From Hyphomonadaceae bacterium TMED5 (GTDB lineage: Bacteria; Pseudomonadota; Alphaproteobacteria; Caulobacterales; Hyphomonadaceae), in the NCBI GenBank assembly GCA_002173095.1, contig NHBK01000020.1, positions 30,423 through 62,422 of the forward strand: a stretch of DNA of 32,000 nt. Direction: 5' to 3'. The notes beneath the pieces are model-generated. The model worked only from the letters and a program-made list of their open reading frames with translations. It searched no databases and was not told the DNA's origin. Made by a program: the position numbers and the translations under genes. Below are positions 28,809-32,000 of the stretch, piece after piece (positions within the stretch are counted from its first letter, which is position 1; each line of letters starts with the position of its first letter).

Positions 28809-29438
28809 TCACAACCTACCCCCCACCCAGTTCGCCACGATCAGCCCCGGCACGCTGTCCAACGCCCGGTCTGCATCCCGCGCCAGATCCAGCCGCTTCG
28901 GCAGCTTGACCTGCGGCACCAGCAGGAAGATCGGCGCAGTGACCTTTCCGCGCCCGGTCTTCGACCGCGACACCACCGCCTGGCCTTTCGTGTTCAGCCG
29001 CCCCTCGGCGACCAGCAGGCTGGGGCCCGTCCGGCGATAGACGAAACGCAGGCGGAGGCCGCGTCGCCGCTCCCATTCACCGGGGGTGATCCGGCCGCCG
29101 CGCAGGGATTTGCCCGCCGCGGGCAGCGGGATCGCCAGCCAGAACCCGTTCTTCGATCGGATCAGCGGCCCGGTGTCATGCGCACCGACGATTACCGGCG
29201 CCTTCGACCAGACCAGCGCCGCAGCCTCAAGGCTCTCGCCCGACCTCGGGAAGTTCTGGCTCCGGATCGAGTTGGCGAGCCGTGTACCAAGCCCCGCGCC
29301 GGTGATCTGCAACCGCCACGCCGTCTTCAGCCCAGTCCCGGCCTCGCGAATGGCGGCGGTGACGGCCCGTTCACCCGCCGCGACCTCGGCCGCCATCATC
29401 GCGACGATGTCGGGATCGATGTCGAGCTTCAGTTTCAC
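28809..29438 (-). CDS. phage neck/head-completion protein (DUF6441- or HK97 gp10-like, tentative)
   Basis: 209 aa with an ATGA overlap to the upstream head-tail joining gene. Positioned between head and tail modules. The family assignment is from memory of similar prophage proteins only. Confidence 0.5.
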   Translation of the reverse strand: MKLKLDIDPDIVAMMAAEVAAGERAVTAAIREAGTGLKTAWRLQITGAGLGTRLANSIRSQNFPRSGESLEAAALVWSKAPVIVGAHDTGPLIRSKNGFWLAIPLPAAGKSLRGGRITPGEWERRRGLRLRFVYRRTGPSLLVAEGRLNTKGQAVVSRSKTGRGKVTAPIFLLVPQVKLPKRLDLARDADRALDSVPGLIVANWVGGRL

Positions 29439-29746
29439 GCGGGCCTCAGGTCGACGGTCCAGACCAGCCGCTCGCGGTCGCGGACCGGCTCGCCCTGTAT
29501 GAGGAAGGCCTCGCCCTCGATCTCGATGCGGTCGCCGGGACGCGGGTTCGCCACCTCTGCGGCGCGCAGGTCGATCCGGGTGGTCTCGGACCAGAGCCGC
29601 GTATCGCCGAAGTCCGTGATCGCATCGGCACGCCGGGCGACCACGCGCACCAGCACGGGTGTACCGCCGTCGGCGATGTAGACCGCGTCCCGGCCGATGT
29701 TCGGATCGGCGAAGAGCGCGCCGATGGCGGCGGCGAAGGCCGACAT
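29435..29746 (-). CDS. head-tail joining/head-closure protein (tentative)
   Basis: 103 aa: 'MSAFAAAIGALFADP...RPGDRIEIEGEAFLIQGEPVRDRERLVWTVDL'. Small beta-barrel-like pattern in the canonical position after the decoration gene. Confidence 0.5.
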   Translation of the reverse strand: MSAFAAAIGALFADPNIGRDAVYIADGGTPVLVRVVARRADAITDFGDTRLWSETTRIDLRAAEVANPRPGDRIEIEGEAFLIQGEPVRDRERLVWTVDLRPA

Positions 29747-30081
29747 CAGAACGTCGCGTTCAGGCGCACCCGGCCGATGGTGTCGCCGGCGCCGCTCGCC
29801 ACCGCCTCGACGGCCGCGCCGATGAGGGTGTTGTCGGTCGCGACGGTCGTGGTGCGCTTGTTGGTGTCGTCCCAATAGACCTTGGCGCCAACCGTCCACG
29901 CCTGGGAGCCGACCTTGGTGATGTCGAACACGCCGACGAGCGCGGTCTCGACGGGCTCGCCAATGGCGGCGGCACCCGCGGCGATGCCGAAGATGGAGCC
30001 GACGAGCAGGCCATCGCCGGAGGCGACGGCATAGGGCGCGGTCAGGGTGATGGTGTTGCCGGGCTGAACGTAGTTTTTCAT
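29746..30081 (-). CDS. DUF2190-family capsid decoration/cement-like protein
   Basis: 'MKNYVQPGNTITLTAPYAVASGDGLLVGSIFGIAAGAAAIGEPVETALVGVFDITK...AKVYWDD' matches the DUF2190 pattern, directly downstream of the capsid gene. Confidence 0.72.
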   Translation of the reverse strand: MKNYVQPGNTITLTAPYAVASGDGLLVGSIFGIAAGAAAIGEPVETALVGVFDITKVGSQAWTVGAKVYWDDTNKRTTTVATDNTLIGAAVEAVASGAGDTIGRVRLNATF

Positions 30082-30094
30082 GGGGAGGATCCTT

Positions 30095-30128
30095 TGGGAA
30101 AGACAAAGGGCGGCCCATGAGGACCGCC
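30095..30128 (-). terminator. intrinsic terminator/attenuator-like hairpin after the capsid gene
   Basis: On the minus-strand transcript: GGGCGGUCC-UCAU-GGGCCGCCC (9-bp stem with one G.U), followed by UUUGUCUUUCCC. On the plus strand the same position is a C/A mismatch, so the stem is better in the phage sense. Confidence 0.45.
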
Positions 30129-30158
30129 CGTGTGTCAGGGTTCAGCATGGGGTGCGGG

Positions 30159-32000
30159 TTACGCGCCTGGGTTCTTGTAGAGGCCGCGCCAGTCGATCGC
30201 CTTGGCGCCGAAGTCGAGGCGGCACTTGATCTCGACGCCGTCGACGTCGAAGCCGTTGCGGGTCTCGATGTAGGCGCCCTGCTGGCCCTCGAGATAGGCG
30301 TACTCGATGGTGTCGATCTGGTTCGGGCTGGCCGCCAGATACCAGGCGGTCTCGCTGGCGGCGTCGAGGCGCGGCTCGCTGATCGGCGCGAGGGTCCGGA
30401 TCGACTGCGGTACCACGCTGGACGTCGCGGCGGGCACGAGGTTCTGGGCGACCAGCTGCTCGGCCTTCAGTTCGAGCGAGGCGGGCACGATCAGGAAGGC
30501 GGGCCGGACGTTCAGCACCGTCTTCTTGTCGAGGCCCGTCTGCTTGGCCATCGCGGCGCGGGCCGCGCCGACGCTGCTGACATCGAGCGCCGCGCCGGTG
30601 CCTGCGAGGTTCTTGTGGGTTGTGTGGAAGAGCGCGTTGCCGTCGGCCATCGCCGGGTTGGCGGTGATGATCCCCCAGACCACATCCGACTCCAGCTGGG
30701 CGATGGAGTTGCCGTACATCGCCGGGATCCGGGTGAAGGCATCGAGATCGTCGTTGATCAGCGTCTGGCGGGTGATGGCGACCACCCGGCCATAGGTCTT
30801 GACCTTGTAGCTCTCCTTGCTCTCACCCAGCGTCCCGCGCTTGAACTCGCCGCTCTCGCCCACTTCCAGCAGCTGGGGCGCTTCGCCGAGCTGCACCCGG
30901 TGCATGGCCTTGAAGTCGGTGGCGAGCACCTGGCGGCAGAACAGCATGAAGGTGCGGGGATAGGCCTCGTAGGCCTGCCGGAGGGTCTTGTTGGTGACCG
31001 CCGACAGGATCTCGGGGAAGTCCGAGGTCGAGTGCAGCGCGCGCGTCGCCACCTCGTCGCGCGACAGACCTCGCGTGTTGACCCCGGCATTGCCGAGGCT
31101 TTCGCGGGCCAGTTCCAGCAGCGTCATGCCGCGATACTGGCGGGCGGCGTCCTCCAGCTGGAACAGCGTCGGGCTGTAGCGATGCAGGAGCGCGTTCGCC
31201 ACGGCATCGCGGCGGGTGATGCGCTCGTCCCGGCCGCCGAGCGGGACGGAGACATGGGGGAATGTCCTAGTCTCGTCCGACTTGGCCGCGACCTGGTCGA
31301 GGATCAGGCGGCGGGACTCGTCGACGCTGATGCCGCGCTTGACCAGATCCTCGGCGAAGCTGCGCTCGAGGTTCAGGCGGCCCGCCAGATCGTAGATGGT
31401 CGAGACGCGATCGCGCTCGGCCACGCGAGCGCGCGTGGCGACGGCTTCGGTGTCGGGCGCGGGAGCTGCCTGCGTCTTCGGCTGGCTGCGGGTTTCGACT
31501 GCGGCGCCCTTCGGGTCGGGCGCAGCCGCATTCGGCTCGGTCATGGGGGTGTCCTCGGTTTCGACCGGCTCGGTCGGCTGGGTGGTGGCGGGGGTTGCGG
31601 CGTCGCGCGCCGGGGTCTGGGTCTTGTCCGTCATCGGGAATGCTCCTTGCGGTGTGGGGGCGTCCCGGCGGTGAAGGACGCAGTCGTGAAGGGGATGCTG
31701 GGCGCGGAAGCCCGCGGCGGGGTCGGCGCCGACCGCGACAGCGGAGACCTCGAACGGCGTCCAGTCCACCGCGCGCCAGAGCTCGCGGGCGGCCTCGGGC
31801 TTCGAGACCTCGAAGCGGTGGACCTGGTAGCCGATGGAGACCGCGCGGATGTGGCCCGCCTGGATGTCGCGCCAGATCGGCTCGACGTCGGCGCGCTCGC
31901 TGATCCGCACCAGCGCGATTCCGCGGCCGTTCTCGATCCGGGCCGAACCCGGCACGACCGAACCGATCACCGCATCCAGCGTGTCGAGCTCGTGCACCTT
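30159..32000 (-). CDS. prohead protease / major capsid protein fusion (5' end beyond window)
   Basis: The frame is open to the window edge. The N-terminal part shown ('HIRAVSIGYQVHRFEV...WTPFEVSAVAVGADPAAGFR') resembles the C-terminus of HK97-type prohead proteases. A Pro/Thr/Ala linker and a ~400-aa capsid-like domain ending '...DFGAKAIDWRGLYKNPGA' follow. Confidence 0.8.
   Translation of the reverse strand, partial: KVHELDTLDAVIGSVVPGSARIENGRGIALVRISERADVEPIWRDIQAGHIRAVSIGYQVHRFEVSKPEAARELWRAVDWTPFEVSAVAVGADPAAGFRAQHPLHDCVLHRRDAPTPQGAFPMTDKTQTPARDAATPATTQPTEPVETEDTPMTEPNAAAPDPKGAAVETRSQPKTQAAPAPDTEAVATRARVAERDRVSTIYDLAGRLNLERSFAEDLVKRGISVDESRRLILDQVAAKSDETRTFPHVSVPLGGRDERITRRDAVANALLHRYSPTLFQLEDAARQYRGMTLLELARESLGNAGVNTRGLSRDEVATRALHSTSDFPEILSAVTNKTLRQAYEAYPRTFMLFCRQVLATDFKAMHRVQLGEAPQLLEVGESGEFKRGTLGESKESYKVKTYGRVVAITRQTLINDDLDAFTRIPAMYGNSIAQLESDVVWGIITANPAMADGNALFHTTHKNLAGTGAALDVSSVGAARAAMAKQTGLDKKTVLNVRPAFLIVPASLELKAEQLVAQNLVPAATSSVVPQSIRTLAPISEPRLDAASETAWYLAASPNQIDTIEYAYLEGQQGAYIETRNGFDVDGVEIKCRLDFGAKAIDWRGLYKNPGA

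Larger units (their letters stand above)
12454..32000 (-). mobile_element. partial siphovirus-like prophage (capsid-to-lysis half; continues beyond the right edge), possibly defective
   Basis: A co-oriented, tightly overlapping run of capsid, neck, tail, tape-measure, RcGTA-type g12-g15, fibre and lysis genes. No integrase or att site is visible in the window. Confidence 0.85.

Noticed and set aside
25400-28850. Transposon (Tn21/Tn501/Tn5053-like) ends, tnpA/tnpR/tni genes or 38-bp IRs flanking the mer operon.
   Set aside because: None recognised. The junctions are 0 and 50 bp, leaving no room. Only a 12-bp palindrome and a 6-bp direct repeat (CCGAGC x2) were seen, which is too weak to call transposon ends.
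12454-32000. Calling the cluster an RcGTA-type gene transfer agent.
   Set aside because: g12-g15 homologs are present. However, the 770-aa TMP, 313-aa tube protein, protease-capsid fusion and adjacent lysis cassette fit a true prophage better than the compact GTA head-tail cluster.

Overview
High-GC, alphaproteobacterium-like DNA. All homology calls come from motif recognition by eye; no searches were run. The window has two parts.

(A) 1-12.45 kb is an accessory redox/detoxification region.
- It carries five aldo/keto reductase (AKR) genes. One is 5'-truncated and one has a twin-arginine (Tat) signal.
- Other genes: an SDR, a Tat-signal flavodoxin-like protein, a cytochrome P460 with a six-TM His-rich membrane partner, a secreted esterase, and a CMD/alpha-beta-hydrolase fusion.
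- There is one intact LysR regulator and one LysR fragment lacking its HTH.
- A ~67-bp operator-like segment with T-N11-A and ATGC-N7-GCAT dyads occurs twice, upstream of two different minus-strand units.

(B) 12.45-32 kb is the capsid-to-lysis part of a siphovirus-like prophage on the minus strand.
- Gene order: protease-capsid fusion (runs off the window), DUF2190-like, head-tail joining, neck, tail completion, tail tube, and a chaperone pair with an A_AAA_AAC -1 frameshift site.
- These are followed by a 770-aa tape measure, RcGTA-type g12-g15 distal-tail genes, a DUF2793/C1q-like fibre, a holin-like protein, an M15 endolysin and overlapped spanins.

The prophage is interrupted by two plus-strand cargo insertions fitted flush between intact phage genes.
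- A complete merR/merTPFA mercury-resistance operon lies between the neck and tail-completion genes. The merR stop overlaps the phage start codon.
- A DapA-family lyase lies between g13 and g14.

The three frame disruptions I found in the prophage all fall in host-recognition genes: g15 twice and the fibre once. No tRNA, rRNA, CRISPR, transposase or integrase was recognised in the window.
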